64,000 nt of DNA from the NCBI RefSeq assembly GCF_009914755.1, contig NC_060926.1; one strand, 5' to 3'. The notes below the pieces were generated by a model, which was not told the origin of the DNA, did not search any database, and was given only the letters and a program-made list of their open reading frames with translations. Every line of letters begins with the position of its first letter. Position 1 is the first letter of the stretch. The stretch comes from the human T2T-CHM13v2.0 reference genome, Homo sapiens. Made by a program: the position numbers and the translations under genes. This document shows, one piece after another, positions 1 through 10,950 of the stretch.

Positions 1-1244
1 TAAATCTTTTATCCTCCCTAAATTTGTCATTAAGACCCTGACATTCAGATGACAAGTGATTTGCAGTGTGGTTTGTTTTTCATTGCCAATCACCAGGAGA
101 TTTAAAAAGATACCCATGCACTTCTGTATAAACACTTTCTCTATAAATGCTCCACTTTGTGGAGATGCTACCAGTAATGAGACTATGGCATTTTTTATTT
201 TGTTTCTGAGAGTACCTCTTCTCTCTCAAACCAATTGGATACTAAAGTACTAATGTAGCAATTGACACACCCTGGTAAGTAATTTTGAACATTTTCTAAC
301 TTAGAAAGAGGTTAGCATCCCTGTTCCCAGCAAAACTAATTTTTAAGTCACACATTATATGCCTTGTAATAATCCAATATACTGTAAATGAAGTTGAACA
401 TGATTATAAACTTATATTCATTTTAGGAATTAGTTACGATACGTACTCAGTCTTGCAATCTTCTGAAAATGAATTCAGGTAAACTTGAAAAAACCGCATA
501 ATAAATTTGCTGACCAAAATCTGTTCTTGAAAAAACAAATTTTTGGAACACCTGAGGCATGGTGCTGTTGAATTAATATGAGGTTCCAATATCATTTTCT
601 GTATTTTATTTAACAAACTTTCAGAAATTACCAGAGCCTTCATAAATATTTCCAATTATTATTTTTAGAGATGTGAATAATGATTTAAAGCTAAATATTT
701 TTCTTTTTCTTTATGGACTTGGTTCTGTTTCGTTTTGTTTGGTTTCACAAATAGAAATCAGTGTTTACCCCCCTTTTCAGCTGTTGTATAAAGACTACAA
801 GAAAAAAAGTTATTTGGGAAAGTCACAAACAGCAATTGCCTATAGAGTGAGGTTGGAAGTGAAATCCATATGTAATGCCTCTGTCAGCAAAGACTTAGTA
901 GAAAATGGTTTATAATAAATATTCACATCTGCTGCTTTGGACACTCTAATCCATCCTAAGGATCTTTGCTGTGTCAGGTTTTGTTCTAGATGAAGAAGCC
1001 CAGTAGTTATAAAGGTTTGCAAATAGGTTGTATTTATCATGGTTAGCTTTACTTTTATAACTTTTCTCTGTTTTAGAGGTATTCATGATGTTTGGGGGTA
1101 AAATTTGTGATTAAATATTTCACTATAGCTTTTATGGTGATATAATTCTAGAATTCTTATTATAAAATGGACCAATGCTATTTTCACAATGTATCACTTA
1201 CCTAAAATCTGTCAAGAAGGCATCATTGATAACAATGCTATGCT

Positions 1245-1400
1245 GGCTGTGGAAAGCAATGGCTAAAAGCCCAGGCTCTGGATTCGAAGTGCTGTGATTA
1301 AATGCTAGCTCCTTCTATACCTAGGGTGTCATTATGAGCAAGTTACTTCGCCTTTCCAAGCCTCTATTTCTTCACCTACATAGAGGAGGCATTTTTTACA
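1245..1400 (+). mobile_element. MIR SINE fragment
   Basis: Core-like gagcaagttacttcgcctttccaagcctctatttcttcacctac; appears to resume at ~1600-1740 after an AT-rich insert. Confidence 0.6.
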
Positions 1401-1417
1401 TAACAGATATTTAAGCA

Positions 1418-1597
1418 TTTTTAAATAGTACTAACTATTTAAAATACAGATAAATAGTACTATTTAAAATATTAAATAGTTAATACTATTAATACTAACT
1501 AATATATTAAATAGTTAATACTGTTAGTACTATTTAAAATATTAGTTACTACTATTAGTACTAACTATTTAAAATATTAAATAGTTAATGCTATTTT
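1418..1597. repeat. AT-rich low-complexity array of short direct and inverted repeats
   Basis: Recurrent TAAATAGT / ACTATTTA units; perfect palindrome TAAATAGTACTATTTA at 1451-1466. Confidence 0.8.
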
Positions 1598-1620
1598 CTT
1601 TATCATTAGATTACTGTAAC

Positions 1621-1696
1621 GATCATTCAGAATTATCCATATCAAGCACTAAATATAAGGATCATACGGAATTATCCATATCAAGCACTAAATATA
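1621..1696 (+). repeat. 39-bp tandem duplication
   Basis: gatcattcagaattatccatatcaagcactaaatata at 1621 and gatcatacggaattatccatatcaagcactaaatata at 1660. Confidence 0.9.
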
Positions 1697-2633
1697 GTAT
1701 CTATCACATTAAAAGAGTTTAATAAATTTTAAATGTTATTACTGAAACAATAATATGCCTTCTAAGTATGATTAAATAATCCCATGGATAGTACTAATGT
1801 CATACTTATTTACACTAAGTACTGAGCTTATGTAAACATATCCTATTGTTTTACTTAACTCCAAGTCCCATGATAGTTTGTTACTGGACTTCCTTAATAA
1901 AAATATTAATTAAAATTGGATCCCTGATTTGTTTTCACTTTGAGGAAATGAGCCACTAAAAAATATATGATACAAAAATTATGCAAATACCCTGTGCTGT
2001 ATTTAGCCATCTTATGTAAAAAAAATTTAATTTATCAAAATTTGAATTCTAAGCTAGAGTAAAAACTCTCAAGTCATTTTGAAATGGAAGTATTTATTTC
2101 CACTTCAGCTTCAAAAAAATTTGTTGAGTTCATGAGTATCACAATTTTTAAAGCAGGAATGTATATTGAGTTGTAAGTAATGATTAGCATAATTATTATA
2201 AATAAGTTTAAAGAAGAATACAAATGTTTTCCATAAATTTTGAAAGCTATGCCTTTTAAAACTTTCTAACATATAATTTATTTGAAAAAGAAAGTTGCCT
2301 TGCATAGTTGCTTTCAATCTCATCTCCTCGAAATGCTTTATTAATCACAAATATAAAAGAATAGTAGGATGTTTGATGAAATCTGCATATAAAGGAGGTA
2401 GACCATTAGGCTCTATGTCCCAATTAGAAAATTTTATAACCTAATTATTGATGTGTCTTAATTTTGACTCAACTTATTTCTTATACCTACAGGAGCTACT
2501 GCATATTTAATAACTGACCCCTAACACAGAATGATAATTGAAAAAAATAGAATGCTTCATTGCTTATAAACTGTGAACACTTGAAATAAAACTTTGATTC
2601 ATTCTCTCTCTCTCTCCTCTCTGTCTCCCTCAG

Positions 2634-2809
2634 GTCGAGTTTTAGCTCAGGCAAGTGGCAATGGTGTTATCCATTTGCTAGATCTTAAATCTGGGGAGAT
2701 TCACAAATTGATGGGCCACGAAAACGAGGCACACACGGTTGTGTTTTCTCACGACGGGGAGATTCTCTTTTCTGGAGGCTCTGACGGCACAGTTCGAACG
2801 TGGTCTTGA
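2634..2809 (+). CDS. SPAG16: Final coding exon of SPAG16 (sperm-associated antigen 16 / PF20 orthologue, WD40 C-terminus)
   Basis: (CT)-rich polypyrimidine tract ending CAG at 2631-2633. Phase-1 exon reads (G)RVLAQASGNGVIHLLDLKSGEIHKLMGHENEAHTVVFSHDGEILFSGGSDGTVRTWS*, with a WD40 GH...SGGSDGTVRTW motif and TGA at 2807-2809. Gene name from peptide recognition and the known adjacency to VWC2L. Confidence 0.9.
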
Positions 2810-2971
2810 CCGTCAGCACATCCCGCTGCAGAGGGCATTCCCTTTAAGGCTTGAAAATGCCTCCTGTAGTCCCAAACCAGCAAAGAACTGGTTAAATGTG
2901 CCAGCAGGTAACATTTACAGTCTGCTTTAAAACATGCTTTGGACATATATTTTAGTGCTCATACTGTTACT

Positions 2972-2977
2972 AATAAA
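2972..2977 (+). terminator. SPAG16: SPAG16 polyadenylation signal AATAAA
   Basis: AATAAA ~160 nt after the stop codon, followed by GT/T-rich downstream sequence (ttgtgtcagggtctttttt, ~3001-3019). Confidence 0.75.
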
Positions 2978-3359
2978 AAAATAACTTTATGCTCACCCAT
3001 TTGTGTCAGGGTCTTTTTTCTCTCTCATTTTGATAAGAATTTAGAGACACGGCATCTTTGCTAGGGGTTTTGAAAGAAACAGCTTTACAATGACGCCTAA
3101 TGACAGACTAGATGAATTACAGGAGATTGATTTTTAATGTTAGAGAACAAACTGCAGGAAAACCTGGCTACTTTAAAAAAAAAAAAAAAAAATCAGATCC
3201 AAGCTGCAGGAAGACCTGAAGTTTAATCATGCAGCACCAGGGAAGTCTTTCTGCCACCAAAGGGTCAAATAGAATCGACAAGCATACGTTTTCACAGATT
3301 GTTTGACAATGATTATGCTTTATCTATTAATAATAATTGGGGACTGCAGATGGCTTAAA

Positions 3360-3547
3360 TCTAAATGCAAGCCTCTTCCGGAACTTTCATCTCTGCAGCC
3401 CATCCAAGAACGCGTTAGGTATACAATTTTATACAAAAAAAATTAATTGCAATTTCAATGCAAATAAATATCTCGCACGTAGAATGTCTTTACCCCTCCT
3501 AATGCGCGCATCCGCTGTATAAAGTGCGACTGCTTGGAGAGCACTCT
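3360..3547 (+). promoter_or_regulatory. VWC2L: VWC2L core/proximal promoter
   Basis: TATAAAG at 3518-3524, palindromic TGCGCGCA (NRF1-like) at 3503-3510, octamer ATGCAAAT at 3458-3465, ETS-like TTCCGGAA at 3376-3383. Local CpG enrichment in a CpG-poor background. Confidence 0.7.
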
Positions 3548-4280
3548 AGCCTCGTCTAAAGCAGCTCTGGGATTTCGACAGAGCTGGGCTCAGAAGCCAG
3601 TTGTTGGCGCTGTCCGTGGTGCTGAGGAATTCCCGGCTGCCGGCAGAATGAGCTCCAAATCAGCAATCTGCAAACTGCTCTTACTGATGCAGAAACCCAG
3701 CTAAAGTTGCTCCTTTCCTTCACATCCACAGTTAGTATTTTCCGGTGTGTAAGAGGGGATTCAAGCAACACACTGTGGACGATGGTGATGGTATTGCCAG
3801 CGGAGTGGGCTTTAAGCTACAGCATGCTGTTGCTGTTTGTGATCCTCAGAGCCTAGCCAAATCACCTCTACTGCCGTAGCAAACACTGTGTAAGTGAACT
3901 CATGTGTGGAGGAGGCGTAATCAGCCGGGAAATTTCATAGAAGGATCTAAGAAAATGCTAAAAATAAGTTCAACATGATTCTGCTACTGGGGTCTGGATT
4001 TCTACAGGACCAGCTTTGCTTCTTGCTTTGAATTCTGAAGACAGGTCCAAAGCAAATTTCTTATATGTGTCTGCTGTGTTTCTTTCTGGAAGGGCGGGAG
4101 ACTGCTTCTTTACTGTGTTTTGAAATGGGAGGTAGAGAGAATGGATTGCCTTTAATTCATGCCTAAAAAATGTATTCTTTGGGTAATTAAAGAGGAACTG
4201 CTTTCTTAAAACATACCTGACCTTTTAGTTCATTTTGGGCTGTGACCCCTACCACCACCATTAACCTCCAGAGTGATTAG
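3548..4280 (+). other. VWC2L: VWC2L exon 1 (non-coding 5' UTR); start inferred ~30 nt after the TATA box
   Basis: Consensus donor AG|GTAAGT at 4280/4281, repeat-free sequence downstream of the TATA box. The next clear exon acceptor is at 6607. Confidence 0.7.
3606..3626 (-). promoter_or_regulatory. RE1/NRSE (REST/NRSF binding site)
   Basis: Minus strand reads CTCAGCACCACGGACAGCGCC; canonical RE1 is TTCAGCACCACGGACAGCGCC (20/21 match). Confidence 0.92.
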
Positions 4281-6607
4281 GTAAGTGTATCTTATGACAT
4301 GAATTATGTTTGTTTTCTCAAAGAAATAGATGCAGTCATTTTAAATCATCTGTAGCAATATGGGGAGGGGGGGAAAATTAAGCTGGGAAGTGATCCTCAG
4401 TTTAGCAGTGTTTGCTTTCTTTTTAAAAATCTTCAGATAAACATTACATTTGATTTATCCCATGTTTCTTCTCTTAAATAGTATCTTAAATTGTACTAGG
4501 GCAGCTCAATTATGAAGGCTTTTTTTTAAAAAAAAAATAGCCTAAGAACTTTGTTATATTGAAAATAAAATCTTGTTTTTTACCATGCAGATTTTAAGAT
4601 ATATTTCATATAATAAAAACATATTTAATGTTTATATAAAGTAGATATTACATTCCTATTTTTACCTCTAAGTTTACATTTACCATAACCTAACACATTA
4701 ATGCCTACCTGTGGCTTACAAAGAGATCATTTTCTGCCTATGTCCCTTTGAAGCAGAATCATATGTGTATTTTATATGGCTTATCTTGCATGCATTGACA
4801 GATATTGCTGGAATATTATAAGGAAGCACAGTAGCTTTCTTTTCCTCCAAGATAAACTTTCTAAATATGTGATGTATAAATGCTTGCTTTAATTAGTAAA
4901 TTATATTTATGCTTTTTCAGAAGCTTCTGTTATGTTTGTTATCTCTGTAGTAATTTGAGAGAAAAAAATGCTTTGTCAAAGGGAGCTTCCAGATTCTCAA
5001 GTAGAATTATAGGTTTGCATTTTCTTGTTCTGTCATGACTTATTATTTTTGACATATTTTATAAGAAATCATCGGCTTTATTACCTACCCAAAGGGAATT
5101 CTAATATCAGAGGATATCAGAGGAATTCTGATATCAGCTTTCTCCAGAAAGAGGGCATACTACCTTCCATTTTACTATTACTAGAACTTGTATATCTACC
5201 TTAAAATGCAAATATAATAGTTTATGAAGTTTCCTAATGTCATCTTTATCTTGTTATCGTCTGTATATGTTAGACTGAAAAGAGATGGTTTATCATTGCT
5301 CTTAATATAATCTGAAAATAAACCAATGTATAACATTTATAACTGACCTGAAAATGTCCTGTATACCATCTTAGTGTTATTGGCATGAAGCCAATAGCAT
5401 TTAAATAAAAAAATGAGCTATTTGACAATACTTTTTCTTATTTATTACTCCCTAAAGTCACAGTCTCCCCAGAGCCTCTGTGTGATTTAGTTATTCTAAA
5501 TATTTAAATAAGAGCCCACTCCCAACACTTCACATCAAGCACCAATACTAAGTGGAGTTTACAAGAGTCAGTGTCACAAAATTAATAAGGCATATTTTCT
5601 ATGAATGGTTAACACTTAATTACAGTTTTAAGCAACTTCCATAAAGAATTTTATGCTGGCATCTTTGTGCAGATTGTGTACATGTAAATATTTTTGACAT
5701 TTCAAGAGTTATGTTTTCAAGATCTCATAAATTGTATTTATATTATATTGCAAATTTTAATTTAAATAATATTACATATATACTAGATTCAAGTTACTGT
5801 GAAGTAAATTTATAGATAGATCTTTCCTGCCCACTAGGAGCTTCCTTCCTATGTAAAATAATGTGGACAATAATACAAATAAATTTGTTTTTAACAAACT
5901 CTTTTAAGCACATGGAATTCTCTTGTATTATTTATTATTTCAAATTTTCTTTCTCTTAATCACTATGGAATAGTTATGTTGTTTTTGTTATCAACTTTAT
6001 TTCAAAAATCCAGACTCACATTCACTTAAACAGGTAACTGATGTTGACGCCATTGTTGTTCTTTAATTATGGGCATAAATAAGTAGGAAATCCTTTATAG
6101 TAGCTCCTTCCTAAATATAATTTATATTCAACTGTTGGTTTATTCCCTTTCCTTTAGAATTAGATTTTTTTCTCACTAATCTCTTGAGTTGACACAGATA
6201 ATTATAACATATGTTCCATCACTGACTAGTCCAGTTTAAAGAATAATAGAAAATGTGAGTTCAAATATTCTTGAGCTATTTGTAAGTTACTCCTTGGATC
6301 ACATTTTGGGGCTCAGTAAAACCATTTCTTTGCAATTTAGATAAAGCCAGACCTATGAAATTCAGAAGGAAAATTCAAGCTGAAGGTTCCTATATAAAAT
6401 AATCCAAAAGGACAAATTTTAATGCATATATTGCCAAGTATCAACTCTCCAAACCTCACAATAAGGCACAGATAGTTGCATGAACTTAGTCTATTTGAGG
6501 ACTCAGTATCTTCAAATTGATCCCAAACAGTTTAAGAGCGTGGGCTTAAATGAATCTATCTTCACTTTATATATGTCAAATTATTCTTTTTAAATATTTA
6601 TTTTCAG

Positions 6608-6687
6608 CCTACCCCTCTTGTATTCCCATGGAAGGAGCTGAGTATATTTAATATTAGGAGCACATCCAGAAGTCTTTGAAGAGGGGG
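6608..6687 (+). other. VWC2L: VWC2L exon 2, 5' UTR part (80 nt)
   Basis: Acceptor tttattttcag| ends at 6607; ATG at 6688 in GGGATGG Kozak context. Confidence 0.85.
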
Positions 6688-7077
6688 ATGGCTCTTCATA
6701 TTCATGAAGCTTGCATACTTCTGTTGGTCATCCCTGGATTGGTCACCTCTGCTGCTATCAGTCATGAAGACTATCCTGCTGATGAAGGTGACCAGATCTC
6801 CAGTAATGACAATCTGATCTTTGATGACTATCGAGGGAAAGGGTGTGTCGATGACAGCGGCTTTGTATACAAGTTGGGAGAACGATTTTTCCCTGGGCAT
6901 TCCAACTGTCCATGTGTCTGTGCTCTAGATGGACCTGTTTGCGACCAACCAGAATGCCCTAAAATTCACCCAAAGTGTACTAAAGTGGAACACAATGGAT
7001 GCTGTCCTGAGTGCAAAGAAGTAAAAAACTTCTGTGAATATCACGGGAAAAATTACAAAATCTTGGAGGAATTTAAG
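6688..7077 (+). CDS. VWC2L: VWC2L (Brorin-like) exon 2 CDS, codons 1-130: signal peptide, vWC domain 1 and start of vWC domain 2
   Basis: Signal peptide [22 protein letters not shown]; Cys-rich CVDDSG...CPCVC...CDQPECPK...CCPEC vWC pattern; phase-0 donor AAG|GTATGC at 7077/7078. Confidence 0.95.
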
Positions 7078-9004
7078 GTATGCGTTACCCTCCATATTTA
7101 TTGAAATATCAACTTTTCATACCACGTGCTTAGTACATTGCTACATTAAAGTCAGAGTTGGAAAAATGTACTTTAAAATTTCCCTTTAAATTATACAATT
7201 TGATTCTAATTACCATAAGTAGCACCATGGTCAACAAATGGCCAACTGGTTTGTTGATCATATTTGTTAAGTTGCACAATAACCTTTATTTTTTTTCCCA
7301 GAAGTATTTGGGGCATACCTAACACCTTTTATTTTTGCCCTTAAACATTTCTTCTCTGTTATTACAAAATATGCTTTCTGATGGGAACAATTTTGTGTAT
7401 AGTGTATGTGTCTCCTAAATTAATTTTTTAATTGTGTCAGTTTTGTGTGTTGCTTATTAGCCTGTATTTGAAGTCATTTAACAATATAGTCTAGAATTAT
7501 TTGTTTATTGTGTGGAAAAGCTACAGAGATATACTTCTTAGCTGTGGTCCTCATATTAAGAAAATGCATTGGGCCTACTTGTGGTCAAGCAAGATCCCCA
7601 TTCTGTTCTCTGCTCGCTGGATTTTTTGCTTTCAGGATTCCACAGAGAACTGAATTTTTATCACAATCCATGTAAAGAGTAGTAAAAAAGACTGTAATTT
7701 TTTTCAGCCTACCTGGTATTTTTTAGTTTTTCTTTTACGCTTGCGTCATATTTTCAAAGTAGCTTAGAGTTCATTTTTATCCCTTATTGAACTTTCTTTT
7801 CCCCAATGGCTAGTTTTAATTGGGATATCCTACAAGCCTGATCTGAACCCTGAAGGTATGAATACATGAAAAATGTCCACCTTAAATGTAATGGCAGTTT
7901 GTGCCTGGAGTGTCTGTCATACTGATGGCTTTATATAAAATGTTCCCATTTCATCTAACCAAGTTCTGTGATGAGGTGCTCAGAACCTTAGAGGTAAAAG
8001 CAGATATAGCTAGTTTTCAGTGTGGGTGTTTATGTATGAGAGAAGACATTTCCATTATTAGCACTGACCCAACTTCTCTCACCACAAGGGTCAAATGGTG
8101 CCAGAAATCAGTATGTAGAAAAAAGGTCTCAACTGATCATCATTAGCATAATCTGTGTATTCATAGTTAATTGTATTTAGTTCATTATTAACCTGGAATG
8201 AACCAGGTTAGCGGTTCAAGCCAGTTCTGATTTACCCAAGAATACCCAGTCATTGGAACTAGATTCCTTAGGACAAAAGGGAAATTTTAATTGTGACATT
8301 CAACTTCCTTAGACATGTTATTCTCGACTTTTGTCTTTCGTGTATTATTTTATTGCACAAAATTAAGAAGTAAAAGCATGAGAGTCTAGTAAAAGTATCA
8401 TTGTTGACACCAAATAATAGTTGAGAGTAGAGTACATTTATTAATGGTTTTATGATCTCTAAAATATTGTATATATTTTGACATTACCTATTTTTAATGT
8501 CATCTTAATGGAAGTAAGTAGAAGTACTCAACACACTTGATTCTAGCAGTCATATCACCCTTTTCTAACCTGCATTTATATCTAGACTAGAATACAAAAG
8601 GGTATTGTAGGAACAGCGTTTCATAACTAGCACAAATAAAAACATAAGTTTCTGAGATTTATATAATTTGGTAATCTGTATTTAATAAAGAAAATATTGT
8701 CTAACTTAACTCACTATTGAAAATGCTATAGTTTTCCCTCTATTTATTAGATTTTACTACAAAGATAATAACTATGTTACCATGTCAAACAATATAGAGG
8801 TATTTAAAGAAAAAGTTAATAATTTCTGTACCCCTTCTCGTTATAACCCTACTATAATCTAATTAATCCCTACTACTTCTTTCCTAATGTATGATCCATT
8901 AATATGCACAGCTTTTTCACCTGGCTTTTTGTGTCATAAAATTTTTGATGTGATTTTTAAAATAATAGATATCACTTTTTTTAACAAGAATTTAGAGTCA
9001 TAAA

Positions 9005-9385
9005 GAGTTTTAGAGACTATATAGGGCAAATGTGTCAGAATGAGAAACTGAGACCAAAAAAGTATAAATTACTTATCCAAAATTGTCAAGTTATTTATCT
9101 TAATTCTAAATGCTGCCATTCTAACATACTATATGATCTCTCAAAGCAGTTTGTCACTAAGGTCAGATAGACTTGGATTCGAATCCCAAATTCATCACTT
9201 GGATATAAATTTTTGAATGGAGTTCTTAAACTTTTTGATCCATAGTGGTATTGACCATAAAATAGCCATTGTAATAATCACTTTCCTTAGGAGGAGAGGT
9301 TGGAAATTCTTAATAACATATAATTTCTCTGAAGTCACTAACCTTGTGATGACGGGTACACAATAGGTATTAAATAAATGATTGT
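9005..9385. mobile_element. Two oppositely oriented MIR fragments
   Basis: atgagaaactgagacc...ttacttatccaa (minus) then agacttggattcgaatccca...(plus). Confidence 0.5.
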
Positions 9386-9707
9386 CCCCTCCTTCTTAAC
9401 TCTAATATCCAGGGATTTACTCTAAATTCTAAATTCCTCTATGGCTTTGCCTACATTTTATAATGAAAGTTCAACTTTAAAAGACTTTCAAATGAAGAAT
9501 TCTCATACCTTTTTAAAATGCTCTACTTATCCCTATGAACCATACAACTCTAAGTAAATATTAGCCATAATCTGTCATCTTGATTCTCTTCCAACTCAGC
9601 TTGCAAGGAACAAGTCATTAATTATTAAAGATGCATAAAACTTTCATATAATAATGTTGATATGTCAATTAGGGAGGTTGTATTATGAGATAATCTTCAC
9701 ATAAATA

Positions 9708-10270
9708 TATTCATCCAACAAGCATTTATCAGACCGTTCAGTAGATAAGATACTGTAGACGTACTTACAATTGAAAGTAGGATATCTAGAAACCAAAATC
9801 TCTGCTCACAAGAAAGACATGATCGATGTGAAGAGAGAAGGGGGAAAAAGCAGGTAAAAGTTAAGTATATGATTATGAAATCCCAATATAACTCCCAAGA
9901 GATTGTGATGGCAGAAGCTTATCAAAATAGTATGAGGCTTGGTTAAGCAAGAGATTTGTCTTCAGGATGCTAACCCTATACATCTTGTAGAGCTGCCTGT
10001 TCTTCAAGAGGTACTTGAAATTGATCTGGGAAGACTGAAATTCCAAAGACGAAACTGCCAGAGCAAAATCAGAGATTGGGATGAATACAGTCTGCAAAGA
10101 GGAGGGAGATGGGTATAATTGGAAGCTAGATATGACTAAAATGCTATCCTAGTAAGAGGCAAATTCAGATATGTGTCGGTGGAGAGTGGATGGAAGGGCC
10201 TTGAATACTGGGCCAAAATATTTAGATTCATCTGAAGAATAATAGGAAATAAAATGCGGATTGTTCTGTA
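9708..10270 (-). mobile_element. L2 LINE 3' fragment
   Basis: attcatccaacaagcatttat start (reverse of the L2 tail) followed by purine-rich degenerate L2-like sequence. Confidence 0.5.
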
Positions 10271-10734
10271 CATAGATGACCTAGTTAAACATAAATAAAA
10301 ATGAATGTCCTATATCCAAGCACAGAATTGAATAGAAGTAAAGAGAAATTAATAGTGGAGGAAGGAAGTCTGTTGCAGAAAAAAAGAGAATGAGGTGCAC
10401 AAGCACAAAGACATTCAGGACAGTTTTCAGGGTAAAATCTAATTTCCCTGCTGTAGCCTAGATTCTACTCATCAACCTCTCCAAATCCCTCAAACTCTTG
10501 GTGGCTTTTTTTCCCTGTGTGTTTGCACTGCTGTTCCACAGTATGGAACACTTTTTCAACATTGCTCCCTGTTTAAATCCTACTGGACCACTTCAAGGCT
10601 CCATTTAAATCTCACCTCAACTGGAAACCCCTCTCTGTCTGTCCTACCTCATATCTCCCACACTGTATCACTCCTTCCGTATGTTCCCACGGCCTGCTAT
10701 ACACACCATCACTACAAGAACAGTAACTGTTGTC

Positions 10735-10950
10735 TGATACTGTGAAGAGCTTTATGTATATTATAACACATTTTATTTTACAATAACACTGTGAGAATTA
10801 TACTTTTATTAGCACTGTTTTACGGATAAGAAAACTGAAGCAGCAGAGTGTAAGTAACTTGTCCAAGACCATACAGCTGGAAAGAGGAAAAAGTAGGACT
10901 CCAAGCCAGGCAGCTTGACTGCAGAATCTAAGCTCCTCACCACTTCTAGT
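10735..10950 (-). mobile_element. MIR SINE
   Basis: ttttacggataagaaaactgaagc...aagtaacttgtccaagaccatacagct MIR core. Confidence 0.7.

Noticed and set aside
3230-3250. CAGCACCAGGGA as a second RE1
   Set aside because: Only the left half-site matches; the GGACAG half is missing.
5096-5137. Repeated gaattct/gatatcag motifs resembling a cloning scar
   Set aside because: Imperfect short duplications consistent with replication slippage; no vector sequence nearby.
6676-6687. ORF-track N-terminal extension MKRG
   Set aside because: Starts at TTG; the ATG at 6688 has good Kozak context and opens the signal peptide.
6604-6900. 98-aa minus-strand ORF over exon 2
   Set aside because: Antisense shadow of the VWC2L CDS with no independent motif.
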